A stretch of 44,932 bases of DNA from Citrobacter phage phiNP. Shown here one piece after another: positions 8,623 to 18,865 of this stretch. Numbering within the stretch: the stretch's first letter is position 1; every line of letters starts with the position of its first letter. Below the pieces are notes generated by a model that was not told where the DNA came from, made no database searches, and saw nothing but the letters and a program-made list of their open reading frames with translations. The DNA is taken from the sequence record OR565852; one strand, 5' to 3'. The position numbers and the translations under genes are program-made.

Positions 8623-10536
8623 TCAGTAGAACATAGGCATGGAGATCCGGCCGCCATTACGGGTTTCAATGGTCTGCTTCTCGCCATTACTGCCGGTCAT
8701 GGTAATTTCCAGCCTGAGTTTCTGATCCTCAAACGCCGCTTTCATCGCGCTGGTCAGATTTTCCCGTTCAGATGCGCTGGTACCACTACGCGGCTGGATA
8801 ATGGAGGGCGTCGCCCTGCTGGTGTTACCGGCGGCAACAGGTGCAGGTGACGCTGGCGACTGGCTGGCTATCACCCCGGGAGCATCCACCGCCGGTTTTT
8901 CTGCCTCCCTCACCACCGGCGGTAGCACCGGTGCCGGAACCCGGGCAGGATTCTGGTTAGCCCCTTGCGCGATATTCCGGTAATGCGCCAGTACGGCGCC
9001 AGGATACGCCGCGTTTTCCCGCCCCCACCGGCTCCGATCATAACCGCCGTTGTAATACCGCAGCGCCAGCGCCACATTTCCCCGGGAGCGTTGCATGTTC
9101 TCCGCGAAAATCTGCGCCCCGGCCATGATGTTTTGCCGGGGATCGGTCCAGTCAGTGACGCCGGTATTGCGGAAGTTTGACGGCATGACCTGCATCAGCC
9201 CCCGGGCGCCCGCCCGACTGATAGCACGCGGATTACCGCCGGACTCCTGGGACATTATCGCCTTAAGGAGTGTCGGATCGACGTTATATTTATCACCGGC
9301 TTCATGGAGAAGGTCGTCATATCGCCCCGCCCGTTCATAGGTTGTTGAGCGGCGGGATACAGGACGCCTCTCTGCTGGCCTGCGTGGCGCAATACCCGTC
9401 AGATCCTCCTGCAGCTGTGCCGCCGCGTCAGTTGCACCATAGCGGGCATCGTAGCGCCTGCGCACGGCGTCAGTATAAAATCCGGCATCCACCGCCCCGC
9501 GCTCCATCCGGGACAGGCTGCCGTACAGGTCTTTATCTCCCTGAATACGTCGCAACTTTTTGGCATTATCGCTGCTGACAAAACCGAGCGCATGAGAGAG
9601 GCCAGTAAAATCGCCGTGAGAGAACAGATCCGTTATGCCCTCCAGTCCATCTTTTACCGAACCGTCGATTTTATTCAGGCTGCCCAGTAACATACCGGCG
9701 GACATTTTCTTTTTCAGACCGTCCCATGATGCGCTGACTTCATTCAGGGTGCCGTTCATATCCTTCAGCTGGTCATTCAGAGCCGGATCCATCGTCAGAC
9801 CAAACTGATCGGACTTCGCCAGCAACTCTTTCAGGCGGGCACCTTCGCGCAGCAGCTGCAGACCGTTAGCATCCAGCCCCAGCGCATCAGCGGCGGTCTT
9901 CTGGTTCTCCGGTGACAGAGAGGGAAATACCCGGGCGATAGATTCCAGGGTTTTCAACACATCCGCCGTACCGTCCTTGTTCCTGACAATCTGTGCGCCA
10001 ATCTGGGACATCGCCCCCAGGACCGCGCTGTTTTTTCCCCAGAGCGCATCATTGAAGGTTTTAAACATCCCTTCTACAGACGCGTTCGCGCTCTGACTGT
10101 CGCTACCGAGGATGCGCATAGCGCCTGAAAGGCGGGTAAACTCGTCCACCCGCATTCCGGCGTTTTTGGCTGACACATCGAGGTTATAAGCCTCCCGCGA
10201 CGCCTCCGCGAAACTCTCTGCGACCCGCTTCATGCCATACCCGACCGCACCGGCCAGGCCAACTGAAGCCAGCTTTCCGGACAGCTCCCCCACCATTTTC
10301 AGGGGAGGAACCATATCACCGACAAACTGGACGTTATCGCGGGCCGCCCGGGCCATGCTGTCCAGTCGTCCGGAAATATTATCCAGCCCGTCAGTAGTAT
10401 CCTGGCCACCCAGCGCAAGCTCATCCTGGGTGTTCTGCAGTAGCGGGAGAAGCTTACGCACGGCCCCATCTATCCGGGAGACAGCATCACTGACCTGATC
10501 ATCTGCCACCAGTTCAAAATCAAATGCATTACTCAT
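8623..10536 (-). CDS. Tail tape measure protein with C-terminal lytic transglycosylase (SLT) domain
   Basis: 637 aa; Ala/Gly-rich helical N-terminal part; SLT-like segment LLKAIMSQESGGNPRAISRAGARGLMQVMP. Confidence 0.7.
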   Translation of the reverse strand: MSNAFDFELVADDQVSDAVSRIDGAVRKLLPLLQNTQDELALGGQDTTDGLDNISGRLDSMARAARDNVQFVGDMVPPLKMVGELSGKLASVGLAGAVGYGMKRVAESFAEASREAYNLDVSAKNAGMRVDEFTRLSGAMRILGSDSQSANASVEGMFKTFNDALWGKNSAVLGAMSQIGAQIVRNKDGTADVLKTLESIARVFPSLSPENQKTAADALGLDANGLQLLREGARLKELLAKSDQFGLTMDPALNDQLKDMNGTLNEVSASWDGLKKKMSAGMLLGSLNKIDGSVKDGLEGITDLFSHGDFTGLSHALGFVSSDNAKKLRRIQGDKDLYGSLSRMERGAVDAGFYTDAVRRRYDARYGATDAAAQLQEDLTGIAPRRPAERRPVSRRSTTYERAGRYDDLLHEAGDKYNVDPTLLKAIMSQESGGNPRAISRAGARGLMQVMPSNFRNTGVTDWTDPRQNIMAGAQIFAENMQRSRGNVALALRYYNGGYDRSRWGRENAAYPGAVLAHYRNIAQGANQNPARVPAPVLPPVVREAEKPAVDAPGVIASQSPASPAPVAAGNTSRATPSIIQPRSGTSASERENLTSAMKAAFEDQKLRLEITMTGSNGEKQTIETRNGGRISMPMFY

Positions 10537-10720
10537 CGTCGCCCCTCGCCCTGATCCCGTTGATGCGGTCAGCCTGCGCCACCCACCATTTCAGGCGCTG
10601 CCAGGTCATGTTCCATGCTGTATCAGACGGCCACCTGAAATAAAAGGTGACGTCAGCCGCCGTCACCTGCCATTGTGTCAGGGCTTCCAGGTCAAAAAAC
10701 CGAGTAAATATTCCTCGCAT
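10529..10720 (-). CDS. Tail assembly chaperone, -1 frame extension (putative frameshift product)
   Basis: Overlaps the upstream chaperone ORF by 43 nt in the -1 frame across a T6 run (10694-10699 on the plus strand). Confidence 0.45.
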   Translation of the reverse strand: MRGIFTRFFDLEALTQWQVTAADVTFYFRWPSDTAWNMTWQRLKWWVAQADRINGIRARGDDE

Positions 10721-10956
10721 TTGCGGAAGTCCAGAAAGTCCATCGGTGCCAGAACACTCTCACGAACACCGGACACCAGCGCAATCAGTAGCCGCATGGC
10801 CGCCAGCGAGGTCGATGCCGTCTGCTTTTCATAGAATTGTTCAGCCTGGCTTAACGTCGGTGCCTTCAGCTCCAGAGAGTCATAGCGCGTTTTCTGCGCC
10901 TGGTCTTCCAGGGGGACCGTCAGCGTCACCACTTTGATTCTGTCCAGCTCTGCCAT
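10678..10956 (-). CDS. Tail assembly chaperone (upstream frame)
   Basis: 92-aa ORF between the tube and tape measure genes, ending ...EEYLLGFLTWKP. Confidence 0.5.
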   Translation of the reverse strand: MAELDRIKVVTLTVPLEDQAQKTRYDSLELKAPTLSQAEQFYEKQTASTSLAAMRLLIALVSGVRESVLAPMDFLDFRKCEEYLLGFLTWKP

Positions 10957-10958
10957 TA

Positions 10959-11330
10959 TCAGTTCTCCGTTACGTCGCGTCCTTCCCAGCGCACATCAAA
11001 AACAGCGTCCTCGCTTTCCACTTCCTGGACATTCACCGTCCAGAGGCTACGACCTATGATGGTTTTGCCGTTAGCCAGCTCCGCGATGACGTTCACATTA
11101 GTCTGGTCGTTAAAGCCCGCCACGACCGTACCGCCGCTGTCGCGCAGACGCGCGGAGATATAGGACGCCACCGGCTTTTCCTTGTAGCCGTGGACGCCAT
11201 CCATCCCCACAAGAGAGGTGCGGTTAACCTTCGCAGCCTGGTATTTAAACGAGCCTTCCACCATCACCGTCACCCCGTTCACGGTGACGTAGGCGGTACC
11301 CGCCAGGCGGTTTGTGGTATCTCCTGTCAT
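10959..11330 (-). CDS. Tail tube protein
   Basis: 123 aa immediately downstream of the sheath gene. Confidence 0.65.
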   Translation of the reverse strand: MTGDTTNRLAGTAYVTVNGVTVMVEGSFKYQAAKVNRTSLVGMDGVHGYKEKPVASYISARLRDSGGTVVAGFNDQTNVNVIAELANGKTIIGRSLWTVNVQEVESEDAVFDVRWEGRDVTEN

Positions 11331-11333
11331 TGT

Positions 11334-12836
11334 TTAAGCTCCTGTAGTTGACTGCGCCTGGAGGCGGAACTGTGTCAGCAGTGCAAAGATGCGCAGCTGG
11401 TTCATCAGCGTTCCGGGCCAGAGGACATCGACCCGGTTGGGGTTCAATGCGTTCTGCTCGACGATCAGGTTTTTCGCGAATGATGCCGAATCCTGCACAT
11501 AGCCGTTATATTCCAGGGTCTGGTATTCCGCGATCTGGTCTGCCCTGATGACGTTCGGGGTCACGATGGCGGCTCCCGGCGCAAACCGGGTCCCGTCCGC
11601 CGCCAGTTTCATCCGGCCAAATTTGCTGGTTACCTGCGTGCGCAGATAGCGAACCACAAACATCAGGTTAAACAGCGTTTCCACCTGCAGATAGCTGTCA
11701 TCCGCATCGCCGTAAGCGTTGGTCTGGTAGGTGGTGATCACGTTCTCCACGCTAACGGTGCCATCATCCGCTACGGTAAAGGTGGAAATACCGCTGTGCA
11801 GCAGGTTGTTGCGTTCGGTCAGCGTAAACCGATCCTCCAGCGCTGGCGCCAGCACACCATACACCGGCAGGGTCTGAGTGGGACGACCGGGGTCGTTACG
11901 CAGCGACGGCGCTATGGCCCCGGTCAGTGCCGCCGCCCAGACATAAGACGGAGACGGTGACCGGTTCACGCCCATCAGCGTCTCATGCTGGTTATTGCGG
12001 GTTTCTCCCTTTGTCCCCAGCTCCGCGTAGGTGCCACTGGTCACACCAAATGCATGACCATAGAGCTGCTGCTCCCAGGACCAGCGCCCGGTGGCATCCG
12101 ACAGAAACGCCTTTATGGCGTCCAGCGATGCCGTGTCATCCCAGGGGTTTACGATGAAATCAAAGGTCTTGTCCTGCAGGTTTGCCAGCCCACCAACCAT
12201 ATCAGGTGCACCGGCGCCGCCGGTCATGGGCGAAATGGTGATATCCAGGCCGACAGGTGTTGCCTCTCCACCCTGTGAGCCCAGATAGTTCAGGCGCAGA
12301 TCCACCGAGTTACCGCAACTTCCGGGGTTACGGGCCGTCAGCTCTACGGCACCGGCATTCGCAGACGCCGCTACCGGAATCCCCGCCTTTTTATTAATCG
12401 CCGCGGCCAGCGCGGTGGCAATCTGACTACTGGTATCATCGGAGGTTACGGATACCTGTACCCGGGTACCGCCAATATAAAGCGAGATCACACCAGCCCC
12501 TGACGCCGTTCCGCTGATGGCAATGCTACCCGTCGCGCTGACCATGCTGGAGTCAGCGGCCAGCGGCAGGATCCAGATCTCCGCAGCGGTATCGTTCTGC
12601 TGGTAAGCCGTCATCATCGCATGCAGCATCGAGCCCCTGCCGGTCAGCTCCCCGACCACATTCACGGACGAAACGCGAACAGGAATATCCGGCGCCGTGG
12701 TGCCGGTATCCAGCATCTGGCCAATCAGCAGCGTGCGCTGGGTTGCCGTGGCGCTGTTCGCCATAGAGTTATCAAACTCCACAAAAAACAGCGGGGTTCG
12801 AAGATTAGACGGAATTCGGGAAAACGGGACGGTCAT
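11334..12836 (-). CDS. Contractile tail sheath protein
   Basis: 500 aa; size and position typical of Mu L-type sheath proteins. Confidence 0.75.
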   Translation of the reverse strand: MTVPFSRIPSNLRTPLFFVEFDNSMANSATATQRTLLIGQMLDTGTTAPDIPVRVSSVNVVGELTGRGSMLHAMMTAYQQNDTAAEIWILPLAADSSMVSATGSIAISGTASGAGVISLYIGGTRVQVSVTSDDTSSQIATALAAAINKKAGIPVAASANAGAVELTARNPGSCGNSVDLRLNYLGSQGGEATPVGLDITISPMTGGAGAPDMVGGLANLQDKTFDFIVNPWDDTASLDAIKAFLSDATGRWSWEQQLYGHAFGVTSGTYAELGTKGETRNNQHETLMGVNRSPSPSYVWAAALTGAIAPSLRNDPGRPTQTLPVYGVLAPALEDRFTLTERNNLLHSGISTFTVADDGTVSVENVITTYQTNAYGDADDSYLQVETLFNLMFVVRYLRTQVTSKFGRMKLAADGTRFAPGAAIVTPNVIRADQIAEYQTLEYNGYVQDSASFAKNLIVEQNALNPNRVDVLWPGTLMNQLRIFALLTQFRLQAQSTTGA

Positions 12837-12997
12837 TTACTGGCCCCCTTATTTTTGGTTTCAACCAGTGCCACATCGCCATCGCGCAAACGGCGGCGCC
12901 AGAAAGTATTATCCGGCACCTCGGCGCCGGATTTGGGCAAAGCTTCGCCCCGGACCGGGCAGCGAACGCTGAGCCCGTCCTTCGGTTTTACGAACAT
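12833..12997 (-). CDS. Small tail-associated protein (Mu gp38 / DUF2635-like)
   Basis: 54-aa ORF MFVKPKDGLSVRCPVRGEALPKSG... found by manual translation; its TGA overlaps the sheath ATG (ATGA coupling). Confidence 0.35.
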   Translation of the reverse strand: MFVKPKDGLSVRCPVRGEALPKSGAEVPDNTFWRRRLRDGDVALVETKNKGASK

Positions 12998-12999
12998 AA

Positions 13000-13545
13000 T
13001 TACTCCTGCAGATCGATACTGACGCCGGGGCGCGGAGTGCCGTCCGGCATTTCAATAGTGATGTCCACGCCCTCCAGGGGGTGGGTTTCGATAGGATAGA
13101 AGTCCTCCGGCCCCTGGTAGTGCTCGATGTCGATTTCCACCAGCAACTGCCCCAGATGTGCCTCACCGTCGGCATCTACGTTGATTGTCGATCGCACTTC
13201 GGCATACTGCTGAATCCGGCGGGTCAGCTCATAGCTGTTGATAACAGCCCGCTCGACCTGATCGCGCAGCGTCTCCAGCGCGATTTCGGCCCGCATGGCG
13301 CCATCATCCTCTGATTCGCCGTCATATTCCTGCACCCGCCCCGTGATCCGGATGGTGGTCACGGTGGTGAATGCCGGCGCATTACGGCCCTGAGAACGCT
13401 TGTGGTCAAAGGGGGTCTGAACCAGTATTGCCGGATAGATATCGGCCCGGGTGGGCCAGTCCCGGGGAGAATAGACGCGCTCCCCGGCGTCCGTCTTCCC
13501 GGCCAGGCTGGCAACAACCAGCTGCCTGATAGTGGATGCATTCAT
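13000..13545 (-). CDS. Virion morphogenesis protein (Mu gp37-like)
   Basis: 181 aa; synteny. Confidence 0.45.
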   Translation of the reverse strand: MNASTIRQLVVASLAGKTDAGERVYSPRDWPTRADIYPAILVQTPFDHKRSQGRNAPAFTTVTTIRITGRVQEYDGESEDDGAMRAEIALETLRDQVERAVINSYELTRRIQQYAEVRSTINVDADGEAHLGQLLVEIDIEHYQGPEDFYPIETHPLEGVDITIEMPDGTPRPGVSIDLQE

Positions 13546-13892
13546 GATCGGGACCTGACGACGTTGAGCACCAGCTTTGTGCCGCCGTGGCTGTCGGGCT
13601 GTTTATCCATAACAACAAACAGCTGATTAACCGGAACACCGCCGACAGTGCGAATAAAAACACGATCTCCCTGCTCCGGAGGTCGGGTAAAATCCGAATC
13701 CCTGACGCCCAGCACCGGACTGGTGGTGTTGATCTCAGCATCGCCATCGAGGTTCTCAGCCAGCTGCACATAGCCCCGATCAAAGATGCCATTCACGTCA
13801 AACGGCGTACCGCCGCGCGGGCGGTACTCATGCCGGTCACCAAAAACCTGATGCAACGGTGCCAGCAGATGGGTATCCCAGTTAACCCCCAT
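13542..13892 (-). CDS. Head-tail connector-like protein (Mu gp36-like)
   Basis: 116 aa; synteny. Confidence 0.45.
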   Translation of the reverse strand: MGVNWDTHLLAPLHQVFGDRHEYRPRGGTPFDVNGIFDRGYVQLAENLDGDAEINTTSPVLGVRDSDFTRPPEQGDRVFIRTVGGVPVNQLFVVMDKQPDSHGGTKLVLNVVRSRS

Positions 13893-13894
13893 AA

Positions 13895-14200
13895 TCAGCC
13901 CTCCGTAATACTGACGCCGGACGCCTTCGCCAGCGCCTTTTTACGGACCGCCTGCAGGTCCGCAATGACACCCGCCTGAATCAGACGTTCAGCATCCGCA
14001 CCGGTGACGGGAATACGCCTATTTTCACCGTATTCCCGCCCGTTATGACGGACACAGTTCCCCTTCAGCACCACATAGTCAGGATCCGATGTTTCGTCCT
14101 GCGACTCTTCGGCGTCCAGAATTTCTTCATCTTCCGGCCCGTCATACCCTGTTTCTTCTGCCTGAAGCAGGGCTTCATTTTCCGGTTTCTTTTTACCCAT
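13895..14200 (-). CDS. Acidic head-completion/connector protein (hypothetical)
   Basis: 101 aa, D/E-rich N-terminus; lies between the major capsid gene and the tail module. Confidence 0.35.
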   Translation of the reverse strand: MGKKKPENEALLQAEETGYDGPEDEEILDAEESQDETSDPDYVVLKGNCVRHNGREYGENRRIPVTGADAERLIQAGVIADLQAVRKKALAKASGVSITEG

Positions 14201-14201
14201 A

Positions 14202-15251
14202 TCACACCACCGTTGCGCAAAGTGAAGCGTTGACCCGGCTCGGAATCACCAGCGGCGCGGACTGCATCAGCAGAAGGCGCTGAGCGGGATCTTCTTTGAC
14301 CCAGGTTTTCGGCGCGTACGCTAATGGCCCGTAGTTGAAGGCAGGATCCATGATGACGCCAAATGCCCGGGTTCCCATCAAATCGGCACAACTCATCAGA
14401 ACAGCGCCGTCCGGGATGAGGGGTTTTTCCTTGTTATCTTCCGGGTCAATAAACCAGTCGTTATAAAGCCACAGGTCAAAGTTGCCCCAGCGCCCTTTAT
14501 AGACGGCCCCCTTCATGATCTGCGCCCCGGCATTGACCTGGTTACCAAACGGACTCAGTGCCGGGAAGGTGATCGCGTTGTCCTTGATGGTGGTATCCAG
14601 ACGGAACGCACGCCAGGATTTGTTGGTGAAAATCAGATCGGTTGCCACCGCGCCGGACTTCTGCAGGACACGGGTCTGCCAGTCCTCGATATCATCTGAC
14701 GGTCGCGTGTTCGTGGCACCGGCTGCCACAGTGAGCGGCCAGACGTCCGAGCCACTCAGGGTGACGGTCAGAGAGGGATCGCGCCCGAAATTCACCACAC
14801 GGGTTTCGTATCCGTCGCCGGAGACTGTGACGGTGCCGGTAGTCAGTGCGCTGGCGGCCATCCACTCCAGACGGCGGTTAATCATGTCAATCTGATCGGC
14901 CATCTCGAACTGCAGGTTCAGCATTTCGCGCTCAGCCGCGGTATATTCTCCGCCAATGCGTTCACCAATCTGACGACGGATAGGTTTACGCAGATCCGGC
15001 GCGCGCTTATCTTTGATATACGCAGGTTTAAAGGTATTGGTCTGGTAGGTTCGGGACTCCACCAGCTTGCCTTCCACCAGCGGAGACACAAACGGCGACA
15101 TACGGCGAAGACCCACGTCCACGTCAATCGCCACCTCTTCCTGGTCAGATGTCACCACATTTGGAAAGAAGCGGTCCAGCAGCCAGTTCTGGCTGGTTTT
15201 CAGGTTCGGCACCACCTGCACCAGCACACTGGTATCAAAAATATTCTTCAT
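14202..15251 (-). CDS. Major capsid protein, lambda gpE family
   Basis: 349 aa with stretches resembling lambda E (SPFVSPLVEGK vs ALYVSPIVSGE; MQSAPLVIPS vs MIQSAPLMLL). Confidence 0.75.
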   Translation of the reverse strand: MKNIFDTSVLVQVVPNLKTSQNWLLDRFFPNVVTSDQEEVAIDVDVGLRRMSPFVSPLVEGKLVESRTYQTNTFKPAYIKDKRAPDLRKPIRRQIGERIGGEYTAAEREMLNLQFEMADQIDMINRRLEWMAASALTTGTVTVSGDGYETRVVNFGRDPSLTVTLSGSDVWPLTVAAGATNTRPSDDIEDWQTRVLQKSGAVATDLIFTNKSWRAFRLDTTIKDNAITFPALSPFGNQVNAGAQIMKGAVYKGRWGNFDLWLYNDWFIDPEDNKEKPLIPDGAVLMSCADLMGTRAFGVIMDPAFNYGPLAYAPKTWVKEDPAQRLLLMQSAPLVIPSRVNASLCATVV

Positions 15252-15344
15252 ATCAGGTCTCTTTGCTATGCCGGCTCACTGGCCGGCCAAATTCAGAACA
15301 GAAGCACCCCTGCCGGTTAAGGCATACGTTCAGTGCTTCGGGGA

Positions 15345-15752
15345 TCAGGAAGAGGAAAGCGGCGTTTGTACACTGTCGCGCAGAAAGATGGCTACCGGGC
15401 GTAGCGCGGTTTTCATCTCCGCCATGGTCCAGCTTTTATCGATAGTGACACGATTCTGGTTAAATTCACCCATCAGATAAACACCGGCCTGCTGCTCTGC
15501 GTCGGTGGCATCAACATCATCCACCAGAATGGCCAGCGGCGTCTGGCTACCGTCAGCAGCCGTTTTAACGCAGGCGGTATAGTTACCGGAGTCGGTGATC
15601 ATACCCAGTACGGTACCGCGTGTTAGCACGTTACCGGCATCAATCATCACCGTATCGGTGACCAGCTGCAGAGTACCGGCAATCAGCTGATCGGGGACAA
15701 ACAGAGAACTCTGCATTCCCGGAGAAAACGGGTTTGGCCCAAACTGATCCAT
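15345..15752 (-). CDS. Head decoration protein (lambda gpD-like)
   Basis: 135 aa immediately upstream of the capsid gene. Confidence 0.5.
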   Translation of the reverse strand: MDQFGPNPFSPGMQSSLFVPDQLIAGTLQLVTDTVMIDAGNVLTRGTVLGMITDSGNYTACVKTAADGSQTPLAILVDDVDATDAEQQAGVYLMGEFNQNRVTIDKSWTMAEMKTALRPVAIFLRDSVQTPLSSS

Positions 15753-16354
15753 TATTTTTCACCTCGCGCATTGTTATAGAGCTGCGTCATTTTGCTGACG
15801 AGCTCCGATTTACCATTTGACGCCTTCCCCCCATCCGCGCCCAGACGGACCTGCTGCCCGGACATCATGCGCTCATCCAGAGAGCGACGCCCGCCAGCAG
15901 CCCCGGCACCACGCTGTGCTGCTGCGGACGATTTCATGACGCTGATAGCGGCGGCCGAACTCATCCCGGTATTGAATGCCAGCGATGCAGCCAGCGCCGG
16001 ATTAGCAGCAGCATGGTGGCTGCCAAAGATACGGGCGCAGCGGCGGCGTTCAGCCGTTCGGGCCTTACGTGTCGCTTTTCCTTCCTTTTCATCATCGCCG
16101 TCATCCTCTTCCGCATCCGGCTCCTGCTCATCATCACCTTCCGCATCCGGATCGGTCTCATCGTCTTCGGCGTCGTCCTCACGGTCGTCATCTTCGGCGT
16201 CACCATCACGATCATCGTCTTCCGCATCGTCCTCGCGCTCGTCTTCTTCAGCGCGGCGGCTGCGGGCCTTCTTCGCTTTTTTATCCTCTTCATCCTCAGA
16301 TGCAGAGGCGCCTAAACCCAACAGATGGGCGAAACTGAATGATGCTTTTGCCAT
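15752..16354 (-). CDS. Scaffold-like highly acidic protein
   Basis: 200 aa with a long (E/D)DDAEDDD(R/E)D repeat block; start overlaps the stop of the S49 protease gene, the position Nu3 holds in lambda. Confidence 0.45.
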   Translation of the reverse strand: MAKASFSFAHLLGLGASASEDEEDKKAKKARSRRAEEDEREDDAEDDDRDGDAEDDDREDDAEDDETDPDAEGDDEQEPDAEEDDGDDEKEGKATRKARTAERRRCARIFGSHHAAANPALAASLAFNTGMSSAAAISVMKSSAAAQRGAGAAGGRRSLDERMMSGQQVRLGADGGKASNGKSELVSKMTQLYNNARGEK

Positions 16355-16355
16355 A

Positions 16356-17222
16356 TCAGGCTCCTGTCAGTGAAAGTAGTTTTCTAAAAGCGGCATCCGG
16401 GGTAATCACCTCATCAGCCAGACCCAGTTCAACGCCATCACCGGCCATAAAACACGCCGCCTGGGTGTTTTTAATGACTTTTGCGCTGATACCACGGTTA
16501 CGTGCAACGGTGTTAACAAACAGTTCCCCCATTGCGTTAATGTCCTGCTGAATGGCCGTAAACGCCTCATCGGACAATTCTTTATAGGGCGACCCCTCCG
16601 CCTTACGGCTGCCAAAGGTAATGATTGTGACCTTCAGGCCGTCATCCATGATGCGCTGGCTCCAGTCCAGATGCATGGTCACCACGCCCACAGAGCCGAC
16701 GCCACCGGTGCGCGGTACGCAGATGCGATCGGCGGCGCTGGCGATAGCATAGGCCGCTGAATAGGCGCTCTCTGACAAAATGGCGTGAATCGGCTTATCG
16801 CCGCGGGCGCTATAGATTTCATCCACCAGGTCAAAACAACCGGCTACCTCCCCACCCGGGGAGTCGATGTCAAGACAAATCCCGGTAATCTCAGGGTCTG
16901 CCATCGCGGTCAGAAAGGTCTGCCGTATTCCGTCATAACCGGTCATTCCACTGTATGGACGCAGGCAGCCCAGCTTCTGGACCAGCGTCCCCTGAATGGG
17001 AATAACCGCAATCCCGGCCACATTGTCATAGCCCGGATCCCGCTGCGTTGAGCGCCGTCGGTTATCGTCATAGCCATACGACTCATCAGACATCGCCATG
17101 GATGCCTCCACCCTGCTGATGCCAAATCGATCCATGACGGCCGCCATAATGACCTCAGCTTTATGCGGGTGAATCGCCAGCGGCGTATTAAAAAGCCGCT
17201 GTGCCAGATGGGGTAAATTCAC
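16356..17222 (-). CDS. Head maturation protease, S49 (SppA/ClpP-like) family
   Basis: 288 aa with S49-like core (GGEVAGCFDLVDEI...SAAYAIASAADRI..GGVGSVGVV). Confidence 0.75.
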   Translation of the reverse strand: MNLPHLAQRLFNTPLAIHPHKAEVIMAAVMDRFGISRVEASMAMSDESYGYDDNRRRSTQRDPGYDNVAGIAVIPIQGTLVQKLGCLRPYSGMTGYDGIRQTFLTAMADPEITGICLDIDSPGGEVAGCFDLVDEIYSARGDKPIHAILSESAYSAAYAIASAADRICVPRTGGVGSVGVVTMHLDWSQRIMDDGLKVTIITFGSRKAEGSPYKELSDEAFTAIQQDINAMGELFVNTVARNRGISAKVIKNTQAACFMAGDGVELGLADEVITPDAAFRKLLSLTGA

Positions 17223-18865
17223 TATTTTTCCTCCGGATCGGTAATCGTCTCACTGGCAAACGTATCTGCCTGCGCCCAGCTCGGCAGCGGAATGCCGCGT
17301 TCCCGACAGGCGTCGATCTCCCGCTTGCGCTGGTCCATGATCTCTTCCCAGTCTTCGCCCACGTTTTCGGCAACCTCCATTTCCAGGGTGGACATGCCGG
17401 CATCGAGCCCCAGAATGGCCCCTTTCTTCTCGGCAACCGGATCCACCCAGCCACGGCCCGGCCCCATCCAGCGGGCGCGGGTATACGCGGCGCGGGCCTC
17501 AATAAAGTCAGGCGCGCCAGCAGGCAGCGGTAAATCTTCGGTATCGTGCACCTCTTCAACAAATGCGCTCAGAATAGGTTGCGCAAATCCAACAGCGAAA
17601 TCGTCGCGGCGCCGGGTCAGGGTTTTCCAGGCTTCCAGCATGGCGGAGCGGGCCGAACTGTAGTTAACGTCTGACCAGTCCTGGGTAACCTGCTGGGTGG
17701 ACAACCCCGTTGCTGCGGCGATATTGCGCAGCGCAGCGGCCTCGAAAACCTCGAAATTACTGTGCGGGCGTGCAGCGTTAACCGTCGCGATTTTTTCCCC
17801 GGGATACAGAATGGGCATCCGGGCGCCGTTCTGCAGCGTCAGACGACGATCGCTGTGAAAGCCAATGCGTCCGTCCTGGTAAGCGCCCAGACTGGTATCA
17901 TCGTAGGATTCACCCATCGCCGCCTGGACCATCTCCGGATCGTAGGGAGACTCGATATAGGCGCCGAAAATGGAGTTAAGAATTGCGGCTTCCAGTTCTG
18001 ACTGGTCGTACTTAATCAGCATCTTCAGGCGCTGGACCACCGGGGTCAGAATGCCGTTGCCGCGGTGCTGGGCGCCCCGCTCATGGTCATAGTCATGGAC
18101 CACATGGGGACGCCCCCAGTAAGTTTCCCGCGGGATGCGCTCCCATGTCAGCGTTTTCTCTCCACTCCACCAGTCGCCGATATGGGCCTGCCTGATGTGG
18201 TAGGCCACCGGCGCCCCGTCATCATCCAGTTCGACGCCGCCGCGAATATGCGGCATATCGAAATTCTGCTGCGGGTTGCTCAGGCGGTCAGGATCCACAA
18301 TCTGAACCGTCGTGGCATACCGCCCGCGACCGGGGCCAAGCCGGTCCAGGCGATACTGCAGGACCGCCAGCGCATCACCATCCAGCAACTTATGACGAAA
18401 CCCCAGACGCAGCATCTGGGAAACGGTCTGCTTACGCTCAACATCGCAATAACGCCCGGGGTCATTCGCCCAGGTGCGCCAGTGCGCTTCGAGGACTTTT
18501 CCGTATTCATCGGCCCAGGTGGCATCGAACGCCTTGTTGCCGGTCATCAGCGCCAGCATCCGGTAATCCGGTTTCATGATGGGCCGGTAGTTCGCCCCAA
18601 CGGCATTATCCAGCACCCGGGTAATCGAGCCGCTGGCCCAACCATCGTTACGCGCCAGATCCCGCACCCGGGAAACGATACGATCCCGGTAGATATTGAT
18701 TTCGTTATCCGGCGACCACAGCGCGGGCTGCCAGTTCGCCAGTTGGTCGCTGAACGAATCCGCAGCGTCGTAGGGCACCCGGCTGCCACCGGTCAGCGCC
18801 GTGTATGAGGGGCGGGAGGGTGCCAGCGGGCGCCCGTCCACGCCCAGGATTTGCACTTTATTCAT
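17222..18865 (-). CDS. Portal protein, lambda gpB family
   Basis: 547 aa; size and position between the gpW-like gene and the protease. Confidence 0.75.
   Translation of the reverse strand: MNKVQILGVDGRPLAPSRPSYTALTGGSRVPYDAADSFSDQLANWQPALWSPDNEINIYRDRIVSRVRDLARNDGWASGSITRVLDNAVGANYRPIMKPDYRMLALMTGNKAFDATWADEYGKVLEAHWRTWANDPGRYCDVERKQTVSQMLRLGFRHKLLDGDALAVLQYRLDRLGPGRGRYATTVQIVDPDRLSNPQQNFDMPHIRGGVELDDDGAPVAYHIRQAHIGDWWSGEKTLTWERIPRETYWGRPHVVHDYDHERGAQHRGNGILTPVVQRLKMLIKYDQSELEAAILNSIFGAYIESPYDPEMVQAAMGESYDDTSLGAYQDGRIGFHSDRRLTLQNGARMPILYPGEKIATVNAARPHSNFEVFEAAALRNIAAATGLSTQQVTQDWSDVNYSSARSAMLEAWKTLTRRRDDFAVGFAQPILSAFVEEVHDTEDLPLPAGAPDFIEARAAYTRARWMGPGRGWVDPVAEKKGAILGLDAGMSTLEMEVAENVGEDWEEIMDQRKREIDACRERGIPLPSWAQADTFASETITDPEEK

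Noticed and set aside
15792-16373. 193-aa plus-strand Ser/Ala-rich ORF
   Set aside because: Antisense image of the acidic repeat gene; low-complexity artefact of the repeat.
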